NCBI GenBank assembly: GCA_963778655.1
Contig: CAVZVA010000009.1
Coordinates: forward strand, 352,001-416,000
Origin: an uncultured delta proteobacterium
GTDB lineage: Bacteria; Myxococcota_A; Polyangia; Polyangiales; JAFGIB01
Length of the DNA: 64,000 nt
Direction of reading: 5' to 3'
Shown in pieces: positions 1 to 8,941 of the stretch. The notes under the pieces were generated by a model. That model saw only the letters and a list, made by a program, of their open reading frames with translations, was not told where the DNA came from and did not search any database. Each line of letters starts with the position of its first letter. The first letter of the stretch is position 1. A program made the position numbers and the translations under genes.

Positions 1-11
1 ATATAGATTTG

Positions 12-30
12 TGTTCCATGTTATGGAACA
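12..30. promoter_or_regulatory. Palindromic operator TGTTCCAT-GTT-ATGGAACA overlapping the IclR start codon
   Basis: Perfect 8-bp inverted repeat with a 3-bp spacer in an AT-rich stretch; resembles IclR-family operators. Confidence 0.55.
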
Positions 31-778
31 ATCAACCGCAATCGACAAAGCCCTCGGCCTGCTGTTCCACCTGCACGGGCGCGCCGAGCCCCAGGGTGTC
101 AGCGAGATCGGGCGCGCGCTCGGGCTGCCCAAGAGCAGCGCCCACCGCTTGCTCGCGGCGCTGCGCCGGCATGAGCTGGTGGAGCAGGACGAATCCGGGC
201 GCTATCGGCCGGGCAGCGGACTGATCGGGCTCGCACTCGGCGTGCTCGATCGCGAGCCGCTGGTGGCGGCCGCGCATCTGCTGCTGGAGCAGCAGGCCGC
301 GGCGCTCGGCGAGACCTTCTTTCTGGTCGCCGCGCGCGCTGGACGCCTGCTCGTGCTCGACAAGGTCGAGGGCACGGGCTTGCTGCGGGCTTCGCCGCGC
401 GTGGGCAGCGCGGTGCCCCTGCACGCCAGCGCGGTCGGCAAGCTGTACCTGGCGCACGCGCCCGAGGAGGTCGCGCTGCCGGCCAGGCTCGAGCGCTTCA
501 CCGCGCACACCCTGTTCAGCCGCCGGCGCCTGATGGCCGAGGTCGCCGCCGCGCGCGTCGCGGGCTATGCGCTCAGCCGCGGCGAGTGGATCGAGGGCCT
601 GTCGGTGATCGCAGCGCCGGTGTTCGACGGCGCGCAGCTGCGCGGCACATTGTGCGTCGCGCTGGCGACAGCCAAGAAGCTCGACGAGCGCATGCTCGTC
701 GCCCGCGTGAAGCAAGCGGCCGGGGCTCTGGGCGCCCGGCTGGGAGGCGAAAGCCATGAAGGTGTCGATCGACGGTAA
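23..778 (+). CDS. IclR family transcriptional regulator
   Basis: N-terminal HTH (GVSEIGRALGLPKSSAHRLL); C-terminal effector domain (PLHASAVGK, IAAPVF). ATG at 23 preferred over GTG at 11. Confidence 0.93.
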   Translation: MEQSTAIDKALGLLFHLHGRAEPQGVSEIGRALGLPKSSAHRLLAALRRHELVEQDESGRYRPGSGLIGLALGVLDREPLVAAAHLLLEQQAAALGETFFLVAARAGRLLVLDKVEGTGLLRASPRVGSAVPLHASAVGKLYLAHAPEEVALPARLERFTAHTLFSRRRLMAEVAAARVAGYALSRGEWIEGLSVIAAPVFDGAQLRGTLCVALATAKKLDERMLVARVKQAAGALGARLGGESHEGVDRR

Positions 779-1607
779 GCTGGTGGAATCGGAGCAGGCC
801 CGCATTTCGGTGTGCGATCACGGCTTGCTCTACGGCGATGGCGTGTTCGAAGGCATCCGCGTGTGCGCGGGCCGCCCCTTCCGGCTCGAGGCGCACCTGG
901 CCCGCCTCGGTCACGGGGCGCGCGCTCTCAGCTTGCATGCGCCCGGACCCGCGCAGCTGCGCGAGATCGTGCAGCGAACGGTTGCCGCGTACGGCCGAGA
1001 CGACGGCTACGTCAGGCTGATCGTCACGCGCGGCGACGGCCCGCTCGGGGTCGATCCGACCAGCTGTCCGACTCCGCGCGTGATTTGCATCGCCGATGCG
1101 ATCGCGCTGTTCTCCGAGCACAAGCGCGCGCAGGGCCTGTCCATGATCACCAGCAGCTACCGCCGTCCGAGCGCGGACGTGCTCGACCCGCGCATCAAGA
1201 CGCTGAACTACTTGAACAACGTGCTGGCCAAGGGCGAGGCGCGGCGCCAAGGCGCCGACGAAGCGCTGCTGCTCAACCAGCAAGGTCAGGTCGCCGAAGC
1301 GAGTGTGGCCAACGTGTTCGTGGTACGTGCGGGCCGCCTGCTCACGCCTCCCACCAGCGACGGCGCGCTCGACGGCATCACGCGCGCGAGCGTGCTCGAG
1401 CTGGCGGACGCGCACGGGCTCGCGTGCGAGGTGCGCACGCTCGGCAGGATGGATCTGCTCGGCGCCGACGAGGTGTTCCTGACCGGCACCGGCGCCGGCA
1501 TCGTGCGCGTGCGCACGCTCGACGGCCAGCTGCTCGGCTCGCCCGAGCCGGGGCCCGTGACCGCGCGCCTGAGCGAGGCGCTGCACGCGCTGCGCCACGC
1601 GAGCTGA
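756..1607 (+). CDS. ilvE: Branched-chain amino acid aminotransferase (class IV PLP)
   Basis: DHGLLYGDGVFEG, IKTLNYLNN, DEALLLN, LDGITR and EVFLTGT motifs. Confidence 0.88.
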   Translation: MKVSIDGKLVESEQARISVCDHGLLYGDGVFEGIRVCAGRPFRLEAHLARLGHGARALSLHAPGPAQLREIVQRTVAAYGRDDGYVRLIVTRGDGPLGVDPTSCPTPRVICIADAIALFSEHKRAQGLSMITSSYRRPSADVLDPRIKTLNYLNNVLAKGEARRQGADEALLLNQQGQVAEASVANVFVVRAGRLLTPPTSDGALDGITRASVLELADAHGLACEVRTLGRMDLLGADEVFLTGTGAGIVRVRTLDGQLLGSPEPGPVTARLSEALHALRHAS

Positions 1608-1651
1608 GCGGGCGCGGGCGGAGCCTGGTCGTCACCGTTGGCGGCCCTTCC

Positions 1652-2098
1652 TCAGGCTTCGCCCAGGGTGAGCATCATGATCGCGTCGCCGAGCGCGATC
1701 TCCTGGCCCTGGTCGTTCTTGACCACGGCGCTGGCGTGGCCGATGCGGCGGCCCAGGTGCGTGATGCGCGCCTCGCAGGTGGCGTGGCCGTCGATCAGCG
1801 GGCGCAGGTAGCGCACGCGCAGGTCCACCGACGACATCGAGCCCTTGGTCTCGCGCACGCGCTGGTACTCGTCGGTCATCAACATCGCCTGGGTGAAGCC
1901 GATGTCGATCAGGGTGGCGATCACGCCGCCGTGCATCGCGCCGTTGGCGTTGCGCAGCTCGGGCTTGAGCAGCAGGCGCGTGGTGGAGTGCTTGGGCCCG
2001 AAGTCCACGAGCTCCACGCCTAGTAAGTTGAACAGCGGGAAGTCCTTGGCGAAGGCCAGCAGCTTCTGCTTGAGCTTTTGCGGGTCGTGCTGGGTCAC
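1652..2098 (-). CDS. PaaI family (hotdog-fold) thioesterase
   Basis: LRNANGAMHGGVIATLID and SVDLRVRYLRP; GTG start at 2098 inside the 1652..2542 ORF. Confidence 0.88.
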   Translation of the reverse strand: MTQHDPQKLKQKLLAFAKDFPLFNLLGVELVDFGPKHSTTRLLLKPELRNANGAMHGGVIATLIDIGFTQAMLMTDEYQRVRETKGSMSSVDLRVRYLRPLIDGHATCEARITHLGRRIGHASAVVKNDQGQEIALGDAIMMLTLGEA

Positions 2099-2443
2099 GC
2101 GCGAGATCTCATGGCAGGAAAAATGGGGCGACAGTGCACGTTGTCGATGCCGTCGCGTTCGGCGCCCTGCCGGCCGGCGTCGAGAAAGGCGTCGCAACAG
2201 TCGATGCCGAGCAGCCAGCCGCTTGGGCCCACCGCACGCGCGATCTGCAGGCTCGAGTCGCCGAAGCCGCAGCCCATGTCGAGCATGCGCTCGCCGGCGC
2301 GCGGCGGGTGCGCGCGGAAGGCGACGTCGCCGTGGGCGCCGAGACTGCGCACCATGATGTCGCGGAAGCGCAGAAACTTCGGAACCAGGATGCGGTTCCA
2401 CACGTCGATGAATTCCCGCGTTGGGTGAGGAGGTTTCAGGCAT
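2095..2443 (-). pseudogene. Truncated, frameshifted class I SAM-dependent methyltransferase (N-terminal part only)
   Basis: Motif I LDMGCGFG and GIDC present. Removing one G at 2415-2417 joins MPETSSPNA to EFIDVWNRILVPKF. The ORF ends before the second half of the domain. Confidence 0.7.
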
Positions 2444-2552
2444 CACGGGTTCCGAGGGTTGCTTGGAACGGGCTGGCGGCGGGCGGGCGTGTCGCGCGCC
2501 GGTCATACTGCTTCGGATTTCCGTGAGCGGCAAACGCCGCACGGCGCGGCTT

Positions 2553-2943
2553 TCAGCGGCGCGGCGAGCCCGGCTCGTCTGGCTCCACCGCCTCGAGCAG
2601 CGCGCCCACCAAGCGCTCGTGCGAGCCGTAGACGACGCTCAGCTCGCGCAGCTGCGTGGTCAGCCGCTCGATGTCGGCTTGCTGGGCGGCGTGCTCGAGC
2701 GCGCGGAGACTCTTGCGCATGTGCCGCTGCTCCTGGCGCAGCTTGGCGATCAGCTCGCTGGAAATATAGGCGTCCAAGCCGACCTCGGGCGGAAGGCGTT
2801 GCACGGCGCGTGCCACGGAAACCTTCGGCGCGCGCGGTGCGCGCGCGCACGAAAAGCGCGCCCTGTTGGGACAGGTCGCGGCGTCCGCCGAGCTCGCCTG
2901 CGCAAACGCTGCGCGCGGCGCCCGCGCAAATGCTGCCCCGCAA
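2553..2943 (-). CDS. Hypothetical helical protein, possibly frameshifted near 2818
   Basis: Coding-like segment VARAVQRLPPEVGLDAYISSELIAKLRQEQRHMRKSL; the upstream coding-like codons appear to be in another frame. Confidence 0.4.
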
Positions 2944-2978
2944 GCGTTGTGGGGAAAGGTGCGGCGGGACAACGGGCC

Positions 2979-3067
2979 ATGAAACAGGAAGGCGGAAAGA
3001 CGAGAAGAGCTTGGATTGAGCCTTCGGAGTCCAGTCTTCCCGCCTTCGTGTCCTCCTGTGGCTTCAT
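2979..3067. repeat. Imperfect palindromic REP-like element (ACAGGAAGGCGG...CCCGCCTTC..TCCTCCTGT family), copy 1
   Basis: Inverted arms related to copies at 7356-7428 and 56806-56857. Confidence 0.6.
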
Positions 3068-3144
3068 CAGCGACTGTCGCGGCGATCGAGGGCGACTACC
3101 GCTGTCCTGCGCGATCGTGCGCCGCGAAAAGAGGGCGGAACGAG

Positions 3145-4014
3145 TCAGAGCGCGATGTGATCGCGGTGGCCGTAGAGGGTGAGGGTTCCGTCGCGGACGA
3201 AGGCGGCGAGCGCGACGCGGGCCTGGGTGGCCAGATCGATCGCCAGCGAGGTCGGCGCCGAGACGCCGCACACCGCGGCGATGCGTGCGGCCACCGCCTT
3301 CTGCACGATCTCGAAGCTGACCCGGCCGCTCACCACCAGCAGGCTCGGCCTTGCTTCCGGCTCGCCGTCCTCGCGCAGTGGCAGCAGGCCTTGCAGCAGC
3401 AGCGAGCCGACCGCCTTGTCGACTGCGTTGTGTCGGCCCACGTCCTCGTGCACCGAAAGCAGCGCGCCCCGCGCGTCGAGCACGGCCGCGGCGTGCAGGC
3501 CGCCGGTGTGCGCGAAGCCGGGCTGGTGGCCGGCGAGCACGCTGGTGCTCGAAGCCAGCAGCGACCAGGGCAGGCGTGGCGCTTGCAGCACGGGCTCGCA
3601 GCGCGCCAGCAGATCCTCGATGCTGCGCCGCCCGCACACGCCGCACGCGGTGCTGATCAGTGTGCCGCGCCGCGCTGCCGCGCGCTCCAGGTCGAACGCG
3701 GTGCCGGGCCCGGGCGCGATGTCCAGGGTGTGACCGTAGCTGGGCTCGCCCGGGCGCCCGCAGGGCGCGAGCCCGCCGACGTCCGCGAGCGAGGCGATCA
3801 CGCCTTCCGAGAGCAGGAAGCCCAGGGCCAGCTCGCGGTCGGCGCCCGGCGTGCGCATGGTCACCGCGAGCGTCTCGCCGCTCAGACGGATTTCGAGCGG
3901 CGCTTCCACCGCCACCGCCTGGCTGCGCACGCCCGCCTCGTCGCCGGCCACCGCCGGCAGCCGCAGCGCGTCTCGAGCGGCGGTCGCCCCGCGCGCGTCA
4001 GCCGGCGCTCTCAC
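3145..4014 (-). CDS. fdhD: Formate dehydrogenase accessory sulfurtransferase FdhD
   Basis: VTMRTPG, ACGVCG, TGGLHAA, EDVGRHNAVDK, SGRVSFEIVQK, SAPTSLA. Confidence 0.95.
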   Translation of the reverse strand: MRAPADARGATAARDALRLPAVAGDEAGVRSQAVAVEAPLEIRLSGETLAVTMRTPGADRELALGFLLSEGVIASLADVGGLAPCGRPGEPSYGHTLDIAPGPGTAFDLERAAARRGTLISTACGVCGRRSIEDLLARCEPVLQAPRLPWSLLASSTSVLAGHQPGFAHTGGLHAAAVLDARGALLSVHEDVGRHNAVDKAVGSLLLQGLLPLREDGEPEARPSLLVVSGRVSFEIVQKAVAARIAAVCGVSAPTSLAIDLATQARVALAAFVRDGTLTLYGHRDHIAL

Positions 4015-6232
4015 GCGCGCCTCGCTTTTCGATCTCCACCACCGCGTTGTAGTCCGGCACCAGCCCGCCTGGATCGCGCACGCCCGCCGCGATCAGCACG
4101 TTTGCCTCCGGCCAGTGCAGCTGCACGTTGCCGCGCGTGAGCTCGGCCGCGAACGCACGCGCCACAAGCGCGCCGTGCGCGCTGCGTACCGTGACCGCCT
4201 GGTCCTGCGCGAGCCCGAGCTGCTGCATGTCCTGCACGTTCATGAACAGGTGGTCGCGCGCCGCGCCCGTGAGCTGGTCGATCTCCGCCTGCACCATGCT
4301 GTTGAACTGCTTGCCACGGCGCGTGCTCAAGTGAAAGCGGCCGGGCGGCAGGCGCGCGTCGTGCGGCTCCGAAAATACGAAGCACGCACGGCCCTCGGGC
4401 AGCGGAAAGCGCCCGTCCTCGCACAGCCGTTCGCCGCCCCATTGCAGCTGATCGCCCTGCTTTGCGAGCCGTTCGATCCCGCGGTAGCTCTCGATACAGG
4501 CCGCGATGTCGCGGCGAATCGCGGCCGCGTCCTCATAGTCGATCAGCTCGCGCAGCTCGGGACGGGCCGCCTGCACCAGCTCGCTGGCGATGCGCCATTC
4601 CTCGCGTGCCTCGCCGACCTCGTGGCCGGGCACGTGCGGGCTGAAGATCACGCGCCGCTCGGTGGTGGTCTCGGTCACGCCGCCCTCGTGCTCGTAGCGC
4701 GTCTTGGCCGGCAGCAGATACACGTTGTCTTGCGGCTCCACCAGCATCGCGGTGCTCAGCACGATGTCCTGGTGGACGCGCAGCGGGACGCGCTCCAGCG
4801 CGCGCCGCACGTCGAGCGGCTGGGGCAGCGTGTCGATGAAGTTGCCGCCGATCGCATACAGCGCCTGCAAGCGGCCCGCGAGCGCGGCCTCGAGCATGCT
4901 GCTGGCGTCCATGCCGCGGCGCGCCGGCGGCCTGAAGCCCCACAGCCGTTGCAGGGCGTCGGCGCGCGTGTCGTCGATCGGTTGGCCACCCGGGAAGACG
5001 TTGGCGTAGGCGCCCATCTCCGCGCCGCCCTGCACGCCGGAATGGCCGCGGATCGGCATCAGCCCGCAGCGCGGCCGGCCGACGAAGCCGCGCGACAAGG
5101 CCAAACAGCACAGCGCCTCGATTGTATTGGTGCCGAAGGCGTGCTGGGTGAGGCCCATGCTCCACACCAGCACTGCGCTCTTGGCCGCGGCCAGGCGCGC
5201 GGCGAAATCCTCGACATCGCCGCGGCTGCTGCCGGCGCGCGCGACCAGCTCGTCGAGCGGCAGCCGCTCGAGGAAGGCGGCGTACGCCTCGAAGCCGGTC
5301 GTGTGCGCGGCGATGAAATCGCGGTCGATCGCACTGCGCGCGATCAGCAGCTTCTGCACCGCGTAGAGGAAGGCCTGGTCGCCGCCGGCCGAGAGCAGGT
5401 AGAAGCGATCGGTGATCGCGCTGCCGGTCAGCGCCGAGCCGGCGTTCGAGGGGATGAAGTAGCGCTCCATGCCTGGCTCGCGCAGCGTGTTCACGGTCAG
5501 CACGCGCGTGCCCAGGCGCTTGGCCTCGGCCAGGTATTTGAGCGCGACCGGTTGGTCGTTGGCGGGATTGCTGCCGAGGAAGATCACCAGATCGCTGCCG
5601 TACCAGTCGCGGTAGCTGCAGGTGGATGCGGCCACGCCCAGCACGCGCTTCATCGCCGCAGTGGAAGGGCTGTGGCAGAGGCGCGCCGCGTTGTCGATGT
5701 GCGGGGAGCCGAGCGCGCGCCAGGCCTTCTGTGCCGCGAAGTAGACCTCGTTGGTCAGCCCGCGCGAGGTGAGGTAGCAGGCGACCCGATCGGGATCGCT
5801 CTGCCCGAGTTGTGCGCCGATCTCCGTCAGCGCTTGCTGCCAGGAGATGCGGGTGAAGCCGGCTTCGCCGCGGCGCCGGCGCATCGGGTAGGGCAGCCTG
5901 CCGAGCGCCAGCAGCTCGCGCGGGCGCAGCTCACGCAGCGCCGCGACGTCCGCGAGCGCGCCCGGGTCGAGCGCGTCCATGGTGTTGAGGCGCAGCAGGT
6001 TGAGGCGCACCAGGCACAGGTGCACTCCGTTCATGGTGAAGTCGCGCAGCCCCGAGGTGCCCAGCGCGCAGCCATCGCAGACGCCCCTGCGCAGCACCCG
6101 CAGCGCGTAGCCAAGGTGCCCGCGGTTGTTCCAGATCACGCCCAGCATCTCGCGATAATGCTTGGGTTTCTGGCGTCCGATCCCGAACGGCAGAGGGAGC
6201 GTGGCAGGCGCGCGGGCGAGGCTTTGGGACAT
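3998..6232 (-). CDS. FdhF/YdeP family molybdopterin oxidoreductase
   Basis: CDGCALG, ARLCHSPS, WSMGLTQH, PIRGHSGVQG, STRRGKQFNS; coupled to fdhD; ATG at 6232. Confidence 0.92.
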   Translation of the reverse strand: MSQSLARAPATLPLPFGIGRQKPKHYREMLGVIWNNRGHLGYALRVLRRGVCDGCALGTSGLRDFTMNGVHLCLVRLNLLRLNTMDALDPGALADVAALRELRPRELLALGRLPYPMRRRRGEAGFTRISWQQALTEIGAQLGQSDPDRVACYLTSRGLTNEVYFAAQKAWRALGSPHIDNAARLCHSPSTAAMKRVLGVAASTCSYRDWYGSDLVIFLGSNPANDQPVALKYLAEAKRLGTRVLTVNTLREPGMERYFIPSNAGSALTGSAITDRFYLLSAGGDQAFLYAVQKLLIARSAIDRDFIAAHTTGFEAYAAFLERLPLDELVARAGSSRGDVEDFAARLAAAKSAVLVWSMGLTQHAFGTNTIEALCCLALSRGFVGRPRCGLMPIRGHSGVQGGAEMGAYANVFPGGQPIDDTRADALQRLWGFRPPARRGMDASSMLEAALAGRLQALYAIGGNFIDTLPQPLDVRRALERVPLRVHQDIVLSTAMLVEPQDNVYLLPAKTRYEHEGGVTETTTERRVIFSPHVPGHEVGEAREEWRIASELVQAARPELRELIDYEDAAAIRRDIAACIESYRGIERLAKQGDQLQWGGERLCEDGRFPLPEGRACFVFSEPHDARLPPGRFHLSTRRGKQFNSMVQAEIDQLTGAARDHLFMNVQDMQQLGLAQDQAVTVRSAHGALVARAFAAELTRGNVQLHWPEANVLIAAGVRDPGGLVPDYNAVVEIEKRGARESAG

Positions 6233-6281
6233 CGGACGAGGCTCCTGCGCGACGATAGCGCAGGTTCCGCCTCTGAAGTTG

Positions 6282-6322
6282 TTGACACTTATGGCTGTTA
6301 CAGTTATGAATGTCTTTGTCAC
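6282..6322 (+). promoter_or_regulatory. Candidate sigma70-type promoter and operator upstream of the diiron oxygenase
   Basis: TTGACA (6282-6287), 17-bp spacer, TATGAA; TGACA...TGTCA inverted repeat; GAGGAGG RBS follows. Confidence 0.5.
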
Positions 6323-6337
6323 ACCGAGGAGGTGCCC

Positions 6338-7351
6338 ATGACGACGACGGCGGTCGAGCTTAGGGGGGCAGGGGCAGCGCAGCTGGCGGTCCCGCGCAGC
6401 GAGCAGCGGCGCAAGCAAGAGAGCTACGAGCAGCTGGTGCAGCGCCTGAGCCTGCAGTCGGTGCGCAAGCACTACGACGCGTACGTGGACATCGCCTGGG
6501 ACGCCGAAGAGATGCAGATCCGCAAGGACGACCCGCGCTGGGAGCTACCCGAGGACGATGTGCTGGGCGCCACCGCCTGGTACAAGGCCCAGCCGCAAGC
6601 GGTGCGCGCCGAGCTGGGGCTGAGCGCGGTGGTGGGCGCGATGAAGATGGGCGTGGTGTTCGAGAGCGTGCTCAAGCGCGGCCTGCTCGAATATGCCGCG
6701 CGCCTGCCCAATGGCTCGCCGGAGTTCCGCTACGCCTACCACGAAGTGATCGAGGAGGCGCAGCACTCGCTGATGTTCCAGGAGCTGATCAACCGCTCCG
6801 GGCTGCAGCCGCGCGGGCTGCACGGCATGCAGGCGCTGGGCGCACGCGTGGTCGCGAGCCTGGGGCGGCGCTTCCCCGCGCTGTTTTTCTTCTTCGTGCT
6901 GGGCGGCGAGGAGCCGATCGACCACGCGCAGAAGGAGGCGCTGCGCTCCGACCGCGAGCTGCACCCGCTGCTCAAGCGCGTGATGCAGATCCATGTGACC
7001 GAGGAGGCGCGCCACCTGTGTTTCGCGCGCAACTACCTGCAGCGCAACGTGCCCAAGCTGGGCTGGTTTGCGCGGCTGCGGCTCGCGCTCGCGATTCCGT
7101 TCATTCTGGGCGAGATGGCGCGCATGATGCTCGAGCCGTCGCGCGCGATGATCGCCCGCTTCGCGATCCCGGCGCAGGTGGTGCGAGAGGCGTACACCCG
7201 CAACCGCCGTCACAAGGCGCAGGTGCGCGCCTCACTCGCCTCGGTCGCCGGGCTCTGCATCGAGCTGCGCCTGCTCAGCGCGCGCAACGTGTGGCTGTGG
7301 AGGCTGCTCGGCCTGGGCAACCCGCTCCGCTACGCCGCGCCCGCCGGCTGA
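6338..7351 (+). CDS. AurF-like diiron oxygenase (p-aminobenzoate N-oxygenase family)
   Basis: FESVL, HEVIEEAQH, GEEPID and IHVTEEARH diiron ligand motifs; strong RBS. Confidence 0.88.
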   Translation: MTTTAVELRGAGAAQLAVPRSEQRRKQESYEQLVQRLSLQSVRKHYDAYVDIAWDAEEMQIRKDDPRWELPEDDVLGATAWYKAQPQAVRAELGLSAVVGAMKMGVVFESVLKRGLLEYAARLPNGSPEFRYAYHEVIEEAQHSLMFQELINRSGLQPRGLHGMQALGARVVASLGRRFPALFFFFVLGGEEPIDHAQKEALRSDRELHPLLKRVMQIHVTEEARHLCFARNYLQRNVPKLGWFARLRLALAIPFILGEMARMMLEPSRAMIARFAIPAQVVREAYTRNRRHKAQVRASLASVAGLCIELRLLSARNVWLWRLLGLGNPLRYAAPAG

Positions 7352-7355
7352 CGAA

Positions 7356-7428
7356 GATTCACAGGAGGACGGGAAGATCGGGCTCTACCTTCGGCTTCCC
7401 GCCTTCCCGTCTTGCTGTTGCATCCTCG
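7356..7428. repeat. REP-like palindromic element, copy 2 (overlaps the kinase 3-prime end)
   Basis: ACAGGAGGACGGGAAG...CTTCCCGTCTTGCTGT; 7403-7428 is the exact reverse complement of 56806-56831. Confidence 0.7.
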
Positions 7429-8809
7429 CAGCTGCGGCCGCCTCGAGCTCGCGGTTTCTGCGGTCCAGCTCGATGAAGCGCTGGGCCAGCGCTTCGACGA
7501 AGGCCTTGAGCCACTGGGTGCGCTCGAGCTCGCGCCGTAGCGCGTCGCGCGTCACCCGCAGCAGCGTGACCTCGGTGTTGGCGGCCACGCTCGCGGTGCG
7601 CGTCGAGGCGCCGAAGATAGAGGTCTCGCCGAACACCTCGCCCGCGCCCAGCATGCGCATGAAGCGCTTCTCGCCGTCGATCACCCGAAACAGCTCGCAC
7701 TCGCCTTCGAGCAGGATGTATGCCGCGTCCGGCAGGTCGCCCTCGCGCAGCACCAGCGCGCCGCCTGGCAACCGGACTGTCTCGAACCAGCCTCCGCCGC
7801 GCATGAAGCGCTCGAGCTCGAGCTTGAGCTCTTCCACCGAGGCGAAGCGCTCCTCGGGCCTGGCGGCCAGCGCCCGCATCGCAATCCGACATAGCCCCGG
7901 TGGCAGGGCGCGCTGCCTGGCCACATCTTGGGGCCTGCGCACGAAACCGCGCCGCGCGAGATCGGAATCCGCGTCGTGGCTGCCGCCGTCGTGAGGGGGC
8001 GCCAAGGTCAACATGGCGTACAGGATGCCCCCCAGGCCGTAGATGTCGGTGCGCTCGTCGATGTCCTCGCCGCGGCCCCACGCCTGCTCCGGAGCCATGT
8101 ACGCCGGCGTGCCGCTCAGCGTGGCCTGGGCGTAGGGCTTGGTCGGCCGTTCGTGCGGCGATTCGGCGCTCTGCGCTTCGCGGCGCACGGCCACGCCCCA
8201 GTCTGTCACGTAGACCTGGCCGTGGCTGCCCACCATCACATTGCCCGGCTTGAGATCGCAGTGGATGACGTCGCGGCTGTGGGCGAACGCGATCGCGTCG
8301 CAGACCTTGAGCATGATCGTCAGCAAGCGCTCGAGCTCCGGCTCCTGCAGCGGCGTGGCCCCGAGCCGCTCGAGCAGGTCGGCGAGCGTCTCGCCCTCGA
8401 CCAGCTTCATGGTGAAGCGCGCGGCCTGCCCGGCGTCCTCCAGCATCACGTCATGCACCGGTACTACGTTGGGATGGTCGAGCTGGCCGGTGATGCGCGC
8501 CTCCTCCACGAACTGGGCGTGCCCGGTCGGATCGCGATCGTGGTCGTGGACCTTCATCGCCACGCGCCTGCGGACCACGCGATCGAACACCAGTCGAATC
8601 GCGGACATACCGCCGCGCGCCAGCTCTCCGAGATCCTCGTAGCGCGCGCGCCAAGCGGGCAGGGCGTGCGCGGCCTGATCGCTGGTCCCCATGCGCAGCG
8701 TGGGAGGGTCCTGGCCGGCTGCGCGCACGGTGGTGACGCTCTGGGGCGGCGGCGCCTCCGGGTCCGGGCGCTCCGCGGTGGTGGGGCGATTGGAACGCGA
8801 CTCCGCCAT
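7385..8809 (-). CDS. Ser/Thr protein kinase with C-terminal cyclic-nucleotide-binding domain
   Basis: VAMK, HCDLKPGN, DWG, GTPAYMAPE; cNMP motif GEVFGE...RTASV. Confidence 0.92.
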   Translation of the reverse strand: MAESRSNRPTTAERPDPEAPPPQSVTTVRAAGQDPPTLRMGTSDQAAHALPAWRARYEDLGELARGGMSAIRLVFDRVVRRRVAMKVHDHDRDPTGHAQFVEEARITGQLDHPNVVPVHDVMLEDAGQAARFTMKLVEGETLADLLERLGATPLQEPELERLLTIMLKVCDAIAFAHSRDVIHCDLKPGNVMVGSHGQVYVTDWGVAVRREAQSAESPHERPTKPYAQATLSGTPAYMAPEQAWGRGEDIDERTDIYGLGGILYAMLTLAPPHDGGSHDADSDLARRGFVRRPQDVARQRALPPGLCRIAMRALAARPEERFASVEELKLELERFMRGGGWFETVRLPGGALVLREGDLPDAAYILLEGECELFRVIDGEKRFMRMLGAGEVFGETSIFGASTRTASVAANTEVTLLRVTRDALRRELERTQWLKAFVEALAQRFIELDRRNRELEAAAAARMQQQDGKAGSRR

Positions 8810-8941
8810 ACCCGCCGCGACAGGATAGAGGCCGGGCGGTGCGAAGCCAAGGTAACGCCGGCCCGCGCGGCCCCGGCCGCCCGCTTTGGTGTATCATGGC
8901 CGGCAAGGGTGAGGGTGCCGTGGCGCCGGCGCCAAGCGTCC

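Noticed and set aside
3998..6232. Selenocysteine formate dehydrogenase
   Set aside because: No in-frame TGA; Cys at the ARLCH site; the sequence is YdeP-like
3851..6337. N-terminal 830 aa of the 1166-aa + strand ORF
   Set aside because: Antisense shadow of the YdeP-like gene; the real oxygenase starts at ATG 6338 after a strong RBS
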